A stretch of DNA of 64,000 nucleotides. Source: Paraspadella gotoi (taxonomy: Eukaryota > Animalia > Chaetognatha). Every line of letters begins with the position of its first letter. Positions within the stretch are counted from its first letter, which is position 1. The stretch spans positions 16,527,245 through 16,591,244 of the forward strand of contig CM119264.1 in assembly GCA_051294375.1 (NCBI GenBank), given 5' to 3'. Made by a program: the position numbers and the translations under genes. Shown in pieces: positions 1 to 14,271 of the stretch. The notes beneath the pieces were generated by a model. The model was given only the letters and a program-made list of their open reading frames with translations, did no database searches and was not told the origin of the DNA.

Positions 1-160
1 GATTGGGAACGAGCGTCGTCTGCGACGTTTATGGGGTAGAGACTCCATTGGTCCGTCGGTCCCACGTGACGTCATGGGCGGGTGATCTATTGTTGACTTA
101 AAAACCGTCGATTCTCGTCTCATTGTAAAGAGGAATCGATATGAATGAAGCGGGAGTGGC

Positions 161-162
<2 letters not shown>

Positions 163-217
<55 letters not shown>
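163..217. repeat. (CT)n microsatellite
   Basis: Direct reading. One of more than 25 AG/CT tracts in the window. Confidence 0.95.
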
Positions 218-226
<9 letters not shown>

Positions 227-849
227 TTTGGTACCCCATTTAATTCTTTTTTAACCGATCTTTCACGATGTCGAAAATTAGTCTCGACCGAATAAAGCCT
301 AAGGATTTCAAAATACGAATATTTCGATCAGTACAAAAACTAAATTGCTCTGCTTGCCTAGGGACTAGTTGAAACAGATATATGTAATCTGTAATTTGTA
401 TATCATGTATTTTCATAGATTAAAAATATACCTTAAAAATAATTAATTCATTCGTATACCTAAAGCAACTTAGGCTCACTTTTTTTAACTAGCAGTAACG
501 TCAGTCATACAGTCTCTGAACTGCCTCCAAAAATGACGGCTCAGCTGCAGCAGCCGCCGCAGACAACCTTGACCCAAAGCCAAATTAGGCCAAATTTCCC
601 AAACCCTCGATTTTTTTTCTTTTCTTTTTTTGAATCGAAAGGAAAAAAAAGATTGAGATCAGGGAAGCCGCGAGTTTTGAAGAAAAAAAAGAAGATGAAC
701 AAATGGAACACAGAAAATAATTGGCTGTTTAGAGGAAGAAATAAAATATAAATATAAATGAGAATTTTATTTCATATCAATAATGACACAGTAGCATACA
801 TCAGCAACAAAATAAACCAAATGAATAGTTTAAAGATAAATGAATAAAC

Positions 850-895
850 GAATGAATGAATGAATGAATGAATGAATGAATGAATGAATGAATGA
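850..895. repeat. (GAAT)n microsatellite
   Basis: Direct reading. Confidence 0.95.
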
Positions 896-2639
896 TAATA
901 CAATGAATGAATATTAATTAATTAATCAATTAATCAAACGAATGAATTAATTAATTTATAAATATGAACGAAAACAAGTGAGAAAATGAAAATTATCATA
1001 ACTAAAGATAATGGAGAGATGCCGACTGAGAAAGCTATAAAAGTAAAAATAAAATAATTAATATAATAGAATAAAATAATCTACCGCCGAGGTAATAGTC
1101 GGCGATGATGAAAATGAGCGACGAAAGAAATGATTTGAAACGTTCAAACAAAGACATAGGGACTTTTGAGTCGATTGGCCAAAAATGCGACCGTCCGACA
1201 GCGATCGTGACGCACGAATGCAGCGTCGAAGATGATTGTCGTGGGTTGAGATCCTTATCTTTTCTAGGAAATCCTCTTTCTTGTGCAATAATTAAATCAT
1301 TAGACGAATCCTCACCTGACATTTTAATTTGTCACTTCTGGTAGGGATTATTCTAATTATAATGAATTGATAATGATTATGACCTTTTTTTCGTTTCTTT
1401 AGGGTTCAACATGACGAAGACGCCCGCAAAGTTCCCGTTTCAACTCGACGCTCATTCCAACTCCTTTCCACTGAAGACGATTTTCACATTTCGTAACTCT
1501 GACCTTTTAGCCTTGCCCACTCCCAGCACTCCGCGCTTCGTGATCAAACTAGAGACACCTGCCACACCTCGAAATGTTCTTTATACTTTTTCGCAAGCTG
1601 ACACCCCACGATTCAGAGAGGACAAAGACGCCGATATGCCTTGAAACACTGTCTTCGCTTCAATTTTTCATAAGCCCGACTTCGCTGCCTTAAAACCAAT
1701 CTAAAACCTAAACTATCTCAAGCCAAAATGCCTTAAACCGTTCTACCTCAAAGTGAACTACCTCAAAAAAGATCAAAAAAAACCCTGCCAAACCTTAAAG
1801 ACAAACTGAACTTTCACAATACGAGCAACCTATAACCGATCTACCTCCCAAGTATACACATGAAAAACCCTGCTGTGATCACTGACCATGTCACTAGTGC
1901 GTTTGCGTGACTAAGAAAAAAAAAGACTCATCACTGAATGAATAATTGAATATGAAAAAATCGGAAGAAATGTTCAAGCGCTTAGTCATCGATCAAAAGG
2001 GGCATCGAAAAAGTGAGTGTCTTCCTTGTTTTGCTTTTTTCTTTATTTCAGTCTTTAGTTGTTAAAAAATATTTAAGGATTTTTTTATTTTTTTCATTAA
2101 CAATCTCAGCAAGGAATGTCTAAACGTTCCTCACTCTGATTATTCAAAAGGTCTTGATGCCTATTTCACGATATTTTTTCGAGAAGCTGATAAGATAAGC
2201 CAATCACTTGATCTAGTTTTCTTTTTGATTCGCATATAGTAGTTAGCACTTACAGATAATGATTTATGGTTTAAAGCCGGTTGAGTTTGATGATTTAGAG
2301 CTCAAGATAGTGAATGCAGTAGGACTTCTTCTAACTATTTTATGGTTTTTCTCTGGCGAAACTGAACCTTGTTCAAATCTCTGTCTGAGCTCGGCAAAAA
2401 AAAAAAGGAAAATAAAAAGAAAGAGTAAAACCTCTCCAGACAAAATGAGACAAAAATGTTAAAACCTGTAGCTTCGTCCATCGACGCCCACCTCCTCTTC
2501 CTCACGACTACTCTTCCTTTTCTCCTTACAATTCTGTACAGTTTTCTTCCTCTTTTCTTCGCCACCCAGAGCTGGAAGAGGGATGCCCCAGTTTCTCTGA
2601 CCCACTGTATTTTTTCCGTGTTTGATCTAAGGGTTTTAA

Positions 2640-2697
<58 letters not shown>

Positions 2698-2868
2698 CTC
2701 CTAAAAGCAATGATATAGATTGATTAATGATTACATTCCGGTTTGACATCTAATCTAACACCCTTACATGCATTATACCGGTAAATTATCGTACATTCGT
2801 CCGAGTTCTTCCCTATTCTAGAATGTTTTTCTTGAACTGCAGAGAACAGGAGATCGTGATGAAGGAAG

Positions 2869-3203
2869 AAACAAGAACGGTAATTCCAATGTGTTGCGCC
2901 GCAGTGACTTTTTTTTCATGTGTATTTCCCTTTTGTCACATAATATGACATGACATGATATGACTAAAAAAATTTTTGTCAGTGTATTTATGACATGCAC
3001 TGCATCAAATCCGTCATTTATTCTTTATAGTTTTAGGAGTTATTGAAGGCGGCGCTCGCTGTCCATTAGATTTTAGTTTTTTTCTGTCTTAACAAATGAG
3101 CAACCAACTATAGGCAAATTATATGCATTTTTAACGACCGACAGACCGACCAGAAAAGTGACTTATAGAGTTGCTCCGCGAATACTCGCGGCGCAACTAA
3201 AAA
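2869..3203 (-). mobile_element. Non-autonomous Helentron/DINE-1-like (HINE) element, most complete copy
   Basis: Terminal hairpin agttgctccgcgaatactcgcggcgcaact followed by aaaaa, with an adjacent GACC/GACA microsatellite. Sub-terminal inverted repeat gttgcgccgc (2893-2902) pairs with gcggcgcaac (3188-3197). The other end reads CTTGTTT on the minus strand. Internal sequence is shared with 50862-51101. Confidence 0.7.
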
Positions 3204-3861
3204 CTTTTTTTTCCTTCTCTCTCTTTCTCTTTTTTCTCTCTCTCTCTTATTCTCTCCCTTATTCCTTTCCTCCTCATTTCCCTTTTGTTGATTCCCTCGA
3301 GTCAATTTGCTTCGAATATTTTCCGCCAGGATTCCGATTTTTTCCCAAATTCTTCCGCCAAAATAGGAAATTCCGATATATTTAAATATGTTCCGTTGGT
3401 TCCGCTGATTCCAGTGGTTCCGTCCTCCCGAGATCTGGGAAGATTACTCGTCCCTCGTCCATCGTCGCTTCAGAGACAGACGCTCCTCCGCCGGAGTCTT
3501 TCCCTCCCCCCTTAATTTCCTTCCAAAAGGAAATTTATTAACGAAAAATTTAGTTAAATTTCAAAATAATTTCGTTATGTATGTTCGGTCTTGTAATTTC
3601 GAGACTCTCGCAGTTACGGCCACAGGTGGTACGACCATAAAAAGCTTTACGATTCTTTTTTTTTCTCTCTCTCTCTCTCTCTCTCGGCAACTACGCCGCT
3701 TCCTCAATTTGTGGAATCATTGTTGGCGATTATCGCGCCACCCAGCGCCATCTACCCGCTTTTCCCATTATGATTCACTCCATTATGCAAATTGCCGTAA
3801 GAAGATTCCATTGATAATCATGGATAGATTTGAGAGAGAGAAAAAGAACCCGAGAAGAGAA

Positions 3862-3900
<39 letters not shown>

Positions 3901-4184
3901 AGAAGAGAGAAGGAGAGAGAGGAGAGGAGAGAGAGAGAGTGAGAAGAGAAATAAAGACGAGAATAGAATGAAAAGAAAGGAAACAATTCGAGTGATGATT
4001 TATTATGAAGACCGGACCATCGACAAAAAATATGTGAAAGTAAGTACAATAATGATGACTCTCTTCTCTCTCTTTCTCTTTCTCTTCTCTCTCTCTCTCT
4101 CTCTTCTCTTTCTCTCTCTCTCTCTCTCTATTCTCTCTCTCTCTTTCTCTCTCTTTCACTTTCTCTCTTGCACTCTCTCTCTAT

Positions 4185-4218
<34 letters not shown>

Positions 4219-7200
4219 GCTTCTCATTTGAATCGCACATTCTCCCGAGGATTAAAACTTTGTTTTCCCCAGCGCCCGACGAATCGGCCGGTCGGTGGCG
4301 GCGTCGTCGGCGTCGGCGGCGGTATCCGCCGGCCCATTCGGCACGGGGGCCGACGCCGGAATCGGCGCTGAAACCGAAAGAGTCCGGGAGAGATGAGATG
4401 AGTTCCAAGAGATTTCGTAATGACAACGAGAGCAGAAGAGAGACGGAGAGAAGAGAGGAGAGAGAGAGAAGAGAGAGAGAAGAGAGGAGAGAGAGAGAGG
4501 AGAGAGGAGAGAGAGAGAGAGAGAGTTGACGGTTTCGGCGCGGAAGGTGGTTTTGAGCCTCTCGTCATGCATGAGCAGTGAAGACAAAGTGAATTGTGTC
4601 CAAATTTCCTTTTTGTTTTTAATATTGGACGAAAGTTCATCATCTGACAAGGAGATAGACGATGAACGCGGACCGGAGACGCTGACGACGACAACAACGA
4701 CGAATGTTACGAGACGATTTTTTAAGCCTTCAACTCGCGATTAGCGAGTTAACACTAATTGCCAACGCAGCAGTAAAAAAATTGGAATGGCCCGCTGTGG
4801 TTTCGGCGAAATTGGCGAACATATTTTTTTCTCATTGTGGGGAGAGAAGGAGAGGAGTTTGAGTGAAAAGCGAAATGAACTCGGGAGTTGAGCGAAAATT
4901 GTGAAATTAAAAGACTGAAATCAATTTTAAGGTTTTGAAAGGTCTGTTTTGTGATTACGATGATATCGTCTCTTTTAAGCCTTGTTAAAACTATTTTTTG
5001 TTTAACTCTTCTTAATAAAAGACTGTGATTTGAGACTAGGTTTATTAAAACTTTCAAGATGGCGTCTGAGTCTAAGATTATAAAAGCAAAGATAAAAGGG
5101 ACAAGACGACGACGATGACGACGACAAAAACGACCACAGTTTCTGAAACAAAGAAGTCAGGAGTCAATGACTAGAGTTTTATGGATCTAATGAGGTTCGT
5201 AAAAAAACTTCTTTTTTTTTTGAAAAAATATTTTACTCTTTGAAAAGGGAAAAAAGTCTTTTGTTTTCCAACCTTCAAAAAAAAAGTTTTTGAGTTTTCA
5301 GGCCCATTCTGAAAATTTCTTTGACGCCAGCTTTGTGGTTGATTGACTGAATCTCTTTTGCTTTCACGAGAGCTTTAATTTCAAGACGGCTAAAACGACG
5401 ACGAGCGAGAACTAGAAAGACAAGCATTAGAAATTTTGCTTTTCTTTGAAAATCTTGGACCTCTTGCCTAATGCAGATTTAAAAATCAAGCATTTATGTC
5501 TTGGGTGTCAACCTTACGTTACGTTCAGAAATTCAGAATAGTTCCCATTGGCTTCATTACATTTTTCCCTAATTTGTTTCCAAGTTAACCATTTTTACAT
5601 TTTATGTTTTGCTGCTCTGCTCTCGTTTGTTTCAATTCAGGTCTTCTCGTCTTAGTCAAGTTGTTTGCTTTCTTTTTTTTTTCTGCCTCTTCGTACAATA
5701 ATGAGAACGGTTCCACACTTTTTCCCTCAATGACCTTGAAAATTTCCAAAAAGATTTTTTCTACAAAAAAACTTCATAATCGACGCAAGAGTCACACATG
5801 ATTTACTCAAGTTTTTTTTTATAGCTCGCTCCCGCTGGGGAAAGAAAGGGAGCGCAGATTCACTAGCGAGGGAAAATTCTTTTTTGGTAAGGACTTGCAG
5901 CGGAAAAGTAGGTGTCTATTAACAACTAAAAGTAGTATGTCTGCTGTTAAGAGTCAATAAACTTATTGACTGAAAATAAAATAGGAAAAAAAAACAGCGG
6001 AAATTATAAAGAATTTACAAGTTTTCTTTTTTTTCAATTAGCTCCATGAAGAAATGATTAGTAAAAAACTAAAAATAAAGTTCGGATCGATGATTTTCTA
6101 ACTTTCTTTTTAATCTTTTTAGGTTCGTTACCATGAAGTTGACGATAACGCCAACGACGAAACTGACGCCGACGACGTCACCGGGGAAGACGATGACGAT
6201 ATTTCGAAATCTTAATCCGTAACTCGACCCCACGACGATTTTCTTTCCGGTTGGGGGCATTTCTCGCGTAGGTTAGACAAGTAGGCCATATCTGTCATTT
6301 TTTTTTTTAACGTAACGTAACGTAATAAATCTAGTTTATATTTAATTCAAAATCTCTGTAACTTGCCTCATGTTTTTTTTTTTTTTTATTTAGTCGCAGC
6401 ACTCCTGGCAAAGAATGGAAGTGGTGAGGGTTTATCCAAACTACGACAATGTTAAACTCGGGGTGCAAACGAGTCTCAGAGATGAGGAAGATGAAGATGA
6501 AGAGAGAGGTAACCGAAATGATGAAAAAAATGTTATATTAGGAAATATTTTATTTTAGAATTATGTTAAATAACAATTAAATGGTATGAAAATTTTAAGA
6601 GCATTCCTCTCTTCCCCGTCTCTCAAATAAAAGAGCAAAAGCCCAACTTTTCGGCGGCGACGACGACGAAAACGACGACGACGACGATGGAGTGCGACAC
6701 GAGTTCGACGTTGGACTCTCTCGATTTGGACGGACCTTTCAACATCACGCAGGTACGTGGGTGACGACGTGAGAAGTTTTAAATGGGAATTCGATCCTCA
6801 CTCGAAGAAGATGTTCGCGCGAGATAAAATGTTGACATAACTCTTCACAGTTTAGTTGAAAAGTATACGACATAAGAGAAACAACGGACGGTTTGTTGCT
6901 TCCGAGAAAAACGAAACAAAGCGCAATGAATTGCGACAAAGTTGCGAAGAGTTAATTATCATAGCCGCAACTTTTATCATCGTGCAAGACTTCACCAGCG
7001 CCAACCGTCACCCCGCCGCAACTCACAACTTTGCTGCCGCAATCTCCACCGCCACCACGGTTGGTTGTGTCGTCTTGAGACTAAAAAAAAACCAACGCAA
7101 ATGGTCGTCGCTTTAATTATGGTTGCGTCCGCGTGAAATCGTCGTCTCGAGACCCTACGGCTCAGGCCAGATCACTAAGTTCGAAATCAGAATAGTGAAT

Positions 7201-7298
7201 CACTCAGAAAAAAAACTAAATAATGATAAAAACAGATATTAATGCCACTTAATTAATCTCTGAGAACGAACCTCACCAAAATTGGACTTTAGAGAGAG

Positions 7299-7372
<74 letters not shown>

Positions 7373-7906
7373 AGAGAGAGATGAGAGAGAGAGAAGAGAC
7401 CGAGAGAGAGACCGAGAGAGAGACCGGATTTGTTGTGAAATTTATTTATCCTCTCCGTCGCGGCGACCGACGTCTTTTCTTATTTCCGGCTTCTCAGCCG
7501 GCGCCCGATATTACCGGCGTCGCTTTGTCCTTCCCGAAGTCGGCGCCGACTTTCCGGCCGAACCATTTTTTCTCGGCGCGTCTCCTTGACGAAAGCTTAA
7601 TGGCCGAGGAAAAGAGGCGGCGGCGTCGTTAGCGGTTGTTACGAGATTTAATCGAAACAATTTAATCCGAATTTACAGTCTTGATTAACTTACTTTTGTC
7701 TTACTTTTTAGTCGTCGAAGTCTCTGCCGTCGTCCTTGTCGTCTTTAGCCAAAAACAAATGGTACATTTAAAAAAATATATATTTTACTCTTTCACGATT
7801 TGGCATTTTTAAAATTTTTTTATCAGCGTGTTCTTTTCTAAAAAAACGCTTTATCGATTATGAAGATTACAAGAAAAAAGCCCATATTACATTAAATTCT
7901 TGCGTT

Positions 7907-8019
<113 letters not shown>

Positions 8020-8493
8020 ACTCTCTCCACTCTCACTCACTCATTTAAGGACGCTTAATTGCGGCGTTAGCGGGACTTAGTCGAGAGTAATTACTTATAA
8101 ATCAGGAAATAAAGGAATAAAACAGAAACAAACAAAAAAAAGGGAGGAAAGTGAAGAAAGAAGAAAAAAAAAGGGGCGTCGCTAAAAGGAAATAAAGAGA
8201 TTCAATCGACGGATCAGTGAGCGAAGCCAAGGTCGAGGAAAAAATGGAGGAAAAGACGGAGGAAGAAGGAAAAAGGAAAGAAACGAGAGAAATGGAAGAA
8301 GGGGATCGAGAAAAAGTTTGAAGGAGAGAGAGAAGAGGGGAGAGTGAGAGAAGAAGGAAAAAGAACGTCGCAAAATATGATAGTGAATAAGGAGAAGAAA
8401 GAAAAATATACTAATTAAAATGATGAGATATAAAAGTAATAGAGGATGAGAATGTAAGGGCTTTGAAAATATAAAGAAATAAATGAGAGAAAA

Positions 8494-8494
8494 A

Positions 8495-8585
<91 letters not shown>
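8494..8585. repeat. (AAAG)n microsatellite
   Basis: Direct reading. Confidence 0.95.
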
Positions 8586-8586
<1 letters not shown>

Positions 8587-11215
8587 GATGGGATAAAAAG
8601 AGAGTGTATCAAATTTTTTGTCGTGCCTTGCGTCACATTACGTCAGCAATCAGGTTTCATCGAATATAGTATTTGAGCGAATTTTGAACTGATAAAAAAT
8701 ATTGATGACTTTTTAAATAAATTATGGTTCATTATCATTTACACCCAAGTGTTGCAGTTTAAGGAAGTGCATTCGCATTATTTTTAAAATCAGAGACTAA
8801 CAATCTAAAATATCTTCATAGTTTATCCCTTTCCTGCTTTCCTCTCTATCTCTCGCTTCTTCTCCTCTCAACTTCCGGAGACTCAAACTTTTCCCGTTTT
8901 TCTCCTCGCGTCGCGTCGTCCTCCGTCGTATCTTGTCGTCGTCGTCATTTTTGTCGTCGTCGTCGTCGTCGTCCTTGTTCACCGGCGCAGTGAGGACCTG
9001 TGACGCGGCGTATCACGAACTGGATTGTATTTCGTCCGCGCTTTAAACGGCGACGATGTCTCAACGAAACACACCTTTGTTTTCTTATTACTTTGACTCG
9101 TCTTTTGTTTTTCGGCTTTTTAAATTTTTTTAAATTGTAAAAATTGAAAATCACCGAATCGTTCGTCTTATTAATTTTTTATTGTAAATTAATGTTTATA
9201 ATGACTTTTTTTTAATTTTTAAAGTTTTCTTCGTCTTTTTTGACCTCTTAACTAAGAGCCCAACTAATTGGATGTAAGGATTCAGTAAAAGTAATAAACT
9301 ATTTAAAATAATATGAAATGTTACAGAAAATGTATGAATCTAGGCATTTTTCATTGACCGTGTCTCAATATTCTAAAAATTCCGAAATCTGTAATCAAAA
9401 CTTACCGTATCTACAAGTCTTTATCTTTATTATTAATAATTTTCTTTGTCCGACTCTTTTTCTCTTTTATTTCGAGTTACATAACTTTTTTTTCATACTT
9501 CATTTTTTCTCCACTTTCAGCGAAGTTAATTATAGTTTTAGATGAAGAAACTCTGAAAGGTTCCGAATACCTTACTTTAAGCAGAAATTAAGTACAGATA
9601 AAATTTCAAAATATTTATGAAGAAATTGAAGTAAATTGGATTACATTTTTATTCAAAAGACTCATCCTACATCAATATTGGCTTCACTTTATAAATAATT
9701 GAAGTGCGAAGTTACTTTCTTTTTCGATTTCCTCGCATATATGTGATAATTAAAATGCTAGTATTTCTTGGAATTCTGTAATATTTACAATTGAATAGAA
9801 TTTGAAAAAAATTTCGATTTCGAATGGATCGAATGATATATATTTATGAATCGATAATGTTGCTTTAATATTCCTTTGAATTTAATCTATCTATTTGATG
9901 TTAATGTGTCATAATTTTGTATTTTTAACGCTATTTAAAAAAATATACCGGGAAGTCCAACTCTTTTTGAAAAAGTTTAACTACTTACGGCTCGAGAGCG
10001 TTTTAAGATAGAAAAAAATTAAAACTATATCGGGAAACCGGGAGCTTTTGTCTTTGATCGATACCCAATCTGACCAGAAAATCATCCCCTCACTGTGTTT
10101 ATTCACCAGTTTTCAATCACATGTCTTATTTTTCCGCGCCCTTCCGTAACAAAATTTACATTTTTTTTAGTAAAAATTGAGAGAAAAATAACGACACTAA
10201 ACTTGTCGCCCATAATTTATCCTTACTTTGATGCCCTTAACAATTAGGAACAAGATGTCAAGCCAGAAGTCAAAGGCGACTCCTACATAAGTAGGTAGCA
10301 AAAGCAAAATGCTACTGACAGTGGATTTTTTAAACAATTTTTGATATTTATACCAATTTTTATTATATTACAATAACATTTAGCCATTCAAAATTTTGGA
10401 CCTCCCTGTAAATATTAAACAGGTACTACCAATATAAAAATTATCTATTCATTTAAAAAATACGCTATCTTGCCCCTAAATTTGGACAGGCTATGGTGGG
10501 TGAGGGCTATATCCTTCATACAAGAAAATTGCAGTTAATTTTTCTTTATTGAAAGAAATGTAAACCAAAAAACGCAGAGAACAAGAGAAGAAAAGAAAAA
10601 AGAAACTAAATTTTTTCGGAAAACTACTAAAAAGATGAAATTAAGTAAGAGGAAAGGGAGAGAAAGGACAGAGGGAACGGAGAGATATAGAGAAAGGGCG
10701 GGAGGAAATAGAGTGAGGGAGGAGCGGGAGAGAGAGAGAGAAGAGCCTATCTCAATTTTTTACTTAAAAAAAAAAAGAGAAAATCTTCCATCTTTTCTGA
10801 ATTTTCTTTTGTTCATTAGGTTTTTTTCCTTTCCTCCCCCGAGGCCCGCGGCGGGCCCCAAACTTTTTAATGACTTTTTTGAAGAAATGTTCATTAAATG
10901 ACTCGCTACTACTAAGACGTTGAGTTTGACGACGACGACGACGACGACGACGAGCACGACGACCACATCGACGACGATGTCGGGGAGGGCGGGGATGACG
11001 AAATCCAACGCAACCACAAGGCCGAAAAGGCGTTTAAATTGCCTCGGGCAGAGATTTTCTGGGAAGAGACGTTGACGTAATCTCGAGATTTTAACATTTG
11101 TTTCTTTATTCAGTATTCACTGTTTAATAAACAGTGGTTTTTTTTCTCTTTTGTCCTTTCTCTCATCTCTTTTCTCTGTCTCTCTCTCTCTCTGTCTCTG
11201 ACTCTTTTTTTCCTT

Positions 11216-11279
<64 letters not shown>

Positions 11280-11432
11280 AGTATCTATCTCTTTTGCTCT
11301 CTCTTTCTCTCTTTCTCTCTTTCTCTCTCTTTCTCTCTCCGCATTGACTTGATATCAAATCTCAAAATCAGTTCGGACCAAATTCATCCCTAGAGTGATA
11401 CTCACTTTTTCTCGGCGAAAGCGATAACAATA

Positions 11433-13956
11433 ATGAACGAATTGGCGATGGCGCCTCACCCGCTCATCCCGGGTCAGGTCAAAGTCGTCCCGGGTCAGGT
11501 CAAGGTCAAATCGATGCAAATACCGCCCCAAAGTTGCGGTTCATCTCTTGCCAGGTTCGTGATCAATCCATTAGGCCTCCCATAAAATAATTATAATAAT
11601 AATAAAAAATTATGATATAATAATAATAAGAAATTATGATATAAAAATAAATTTAAAAATTTTCCTCAAGAAAAGTTTTGAATTTGTAAATTTCTTCTTC
11701 TTTTCACATCTAAAGAAACAAAGTCATATCTAGAATCATTCATGGCAAATTTAGTATTTATTATTTTTTTATGATTTGAGATAAATGAGAAGATTAAATA
11801 AAACCCAATACGAAGAAAACAAAAAAAGAAAGAAATAAAGAAAGGTACGATTTCTTCCCCCGAATTCGTCGTCGTCGTCGTCCAGGTTGTCCAACGGCGT
11901 CGCCTCTCTCTCCGATTACTTTCACTTTCGCTCGGAACCGGCGCCGCGTGATCAAAGAGACGCCGTCGACGGCGCCGCCTCGTGGCACCGAGTAGCGAGT
12001 GGCGTCGCCGGCGTCGGAAGCGGCGTCAGCGGATGGCCGGCCTTGGACGATGCCGAGGACGACGACGACGAAGAAGAAGACGAAGATGACGACGAAGAAG
12101 ACGAACTCGACGGCGCCTCTTCGTCCTCCTCCGGCAAAGCGAGACAATCTCGATCCGCTTCCGGTCAAGTGCCGGACAGCGTCGGCCCTCTGGCACGGCG
12201 CTCCTCCGTCGAGGACCAGGCAGCTCGTCTGGGGCGCCTGGGGCGCGTGGCCTGGGCCCGCGACCAAATCACGTGGGCCAACGCGGTGGCGGCGGCGGCG
12301 TCCAAGACGATGATGGCGGCGGCGGCGGAAATGATAGAGGAGAAGAAAGGAAAAAAGGAAGAAGAGGAAGAAGAAGCAGGGGAGGAAGGGGGAGAAGAAG
12401 AGTTTGACGAGGAGGAGGACGAGGACGAGGAGGAGGAGGAAGAAGATTTTCCTCCCTTGAGATCCCCGGTGACGCCGCCGGAAAAAGACGCAGTTTTTCC
12501 GGGGTCGGAAACGACGACGATAACGACGACGACGTCGTCAACGACGACGACGGTCGAGCGGAGAGTGAAGAAGGAAGAGGAGGAGGAAGAGGAAAAAACG
12601 ACTCTGCCGTTAACGGCGCCTGTGAACAACAACAATAACAATAATAACAACAACAGTCACGACAACAACTTCGGGACGGACAACGAGACAGATCCCGTTG
12701 GTTCCGTCGAGATGAAGTACGTCCCGCCGGAAAACTCTTTTTCATTTTCCTCCTCTTCCTCCTCCTCCCTACCTACCTTTCCCGCCCCTCACCACACAAA
12801 CACCACCACCCCGCTCAATTCCACCAACCCCTCACGTTCCGTCCTTGTGTCCCCACACCCGCACTCCCCCGCGGACCGCTCTCACTTCCCGCCCTCACCC
12901 CACGTTCACTCTTCCCATAATCACGCTCGGCATCACCGTCACTCTTGTCACTCCAACCACTATTCACCACCACCCATCCTCTCTACCTCCCCCACCCCAA
13001 CGTGCCACCCTTTCATTCCCCTCGCTACCACCTCTACCACCGACCATCGATCCTTTCCCACCGCGTCAACGCCCACTCTCTCCACGCCACCACGCGCCAT
13101 CCGCGTCAACGAAAGGGCGCCGCATTCGACCCACGCTGACAGGAAGTGCGCGGAGCGGTCGCTCGCGACGGAACGGATCCTCTGGGACGGAGGCTTGCCG
13201 TCTCAGTCCACGCGGACCACGGTGAGTTGTATATAGTCAGTGGGACTGTGAACTGTGGAATCGTCTGTGATGACCTGGCGGCTGATTGTGGTTTCATCTG
13301 TTCGGTCAGTGAAAATCAATTTCGTTTGCTGTGAATTGAAAGTCGAAAGACATATTTTATTAATATCCGGTAATTTCTACTTTTAGCAAGTAGGACTAGT
13401 AATAAGTGGATGGGATTTTGAATACCATAAAAGCAAGCTCTCCTTCCAACCTATTAATTATGTGTCAGCTATTCAAATATCAAAAGAACGTTTTGTGTTT
13501 TAGTCAACTATACTGAGGAAAAGATATAAATTGGGAACATAATGTATAAAAATCTATAACTATTAAGACAATATAAATGCATACAGCATTTAACGTTTTA
13601 ACCTATAATTAACGTATATTCGTCAATATGAGTTTTGAAAGAATGGTTTTAGCAATAGACATTACAATTGAAAATAAACAATAAAACAGAAAGTTTAGAC
13701 TTGCTAAGAATAAGACCCGATGAATAATTAATTATTCGGACCAGGTGAAGTTTAGCAGAAAAAAGGTAAAAACGCCATAAGTTAAATCGTTGTTAGAAAG
13801 AAAAATAGTTCGCTAAAGGGACGTAGAAACTAATTGGGTCGACTACTGCAACAACGAAGGAGAAGGATAATAATGAGGATGGTTTGAGGAGGACGAGAGG
13901 GAGTTAACGTGAGGGGAGAGAGTGCGTAGAAAAAATGAAGGAGGGGGGAAAGAGAG

Positions 13957-13989
<33 letters not shown>

Positions 13990-13990
13990 T

Positions 13991-14045
<55 letters not shown>

Positions 14046-14210
14046 AGAACAACGAAACGTTTCCCCAAGCCAGTGATTCGCTCGAGAAAATGAGAAGGAA
14101 TTTGAATTAAAATCGCATAAGAGAAAGCAGTGAACGGACTGCCCTCAACATCAAGAAAACCACATGGGCGGAGTCACTAGGAGAGTGAAGAGAGAGAAAT
14201 AGATAGATAG

Positions 14211-14271
<61 letters not shown>

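Noticed and set aside
1105-1644. Small two-exon gene from the ORFs at 1105 and 1411
   Set aside because: A GT-AG intron (about 1341-1401) is possible, but neither product has a recognisable motif. Support is too weak to call.
3577-4697. ORFs with ERERER/LSLSLS runs (also at 7282, 11110, 16105, 27608, 27847, 38579, 43609, 50090)
   Set aside because: These are translations of stop-free AG/CT microsatellites.
13255-13330. C/D-box snoRNA in the PPAR intron (gtgatga...ctga)
   Set aside because: The boxes are only a few nt apart and there is no terminal stem.
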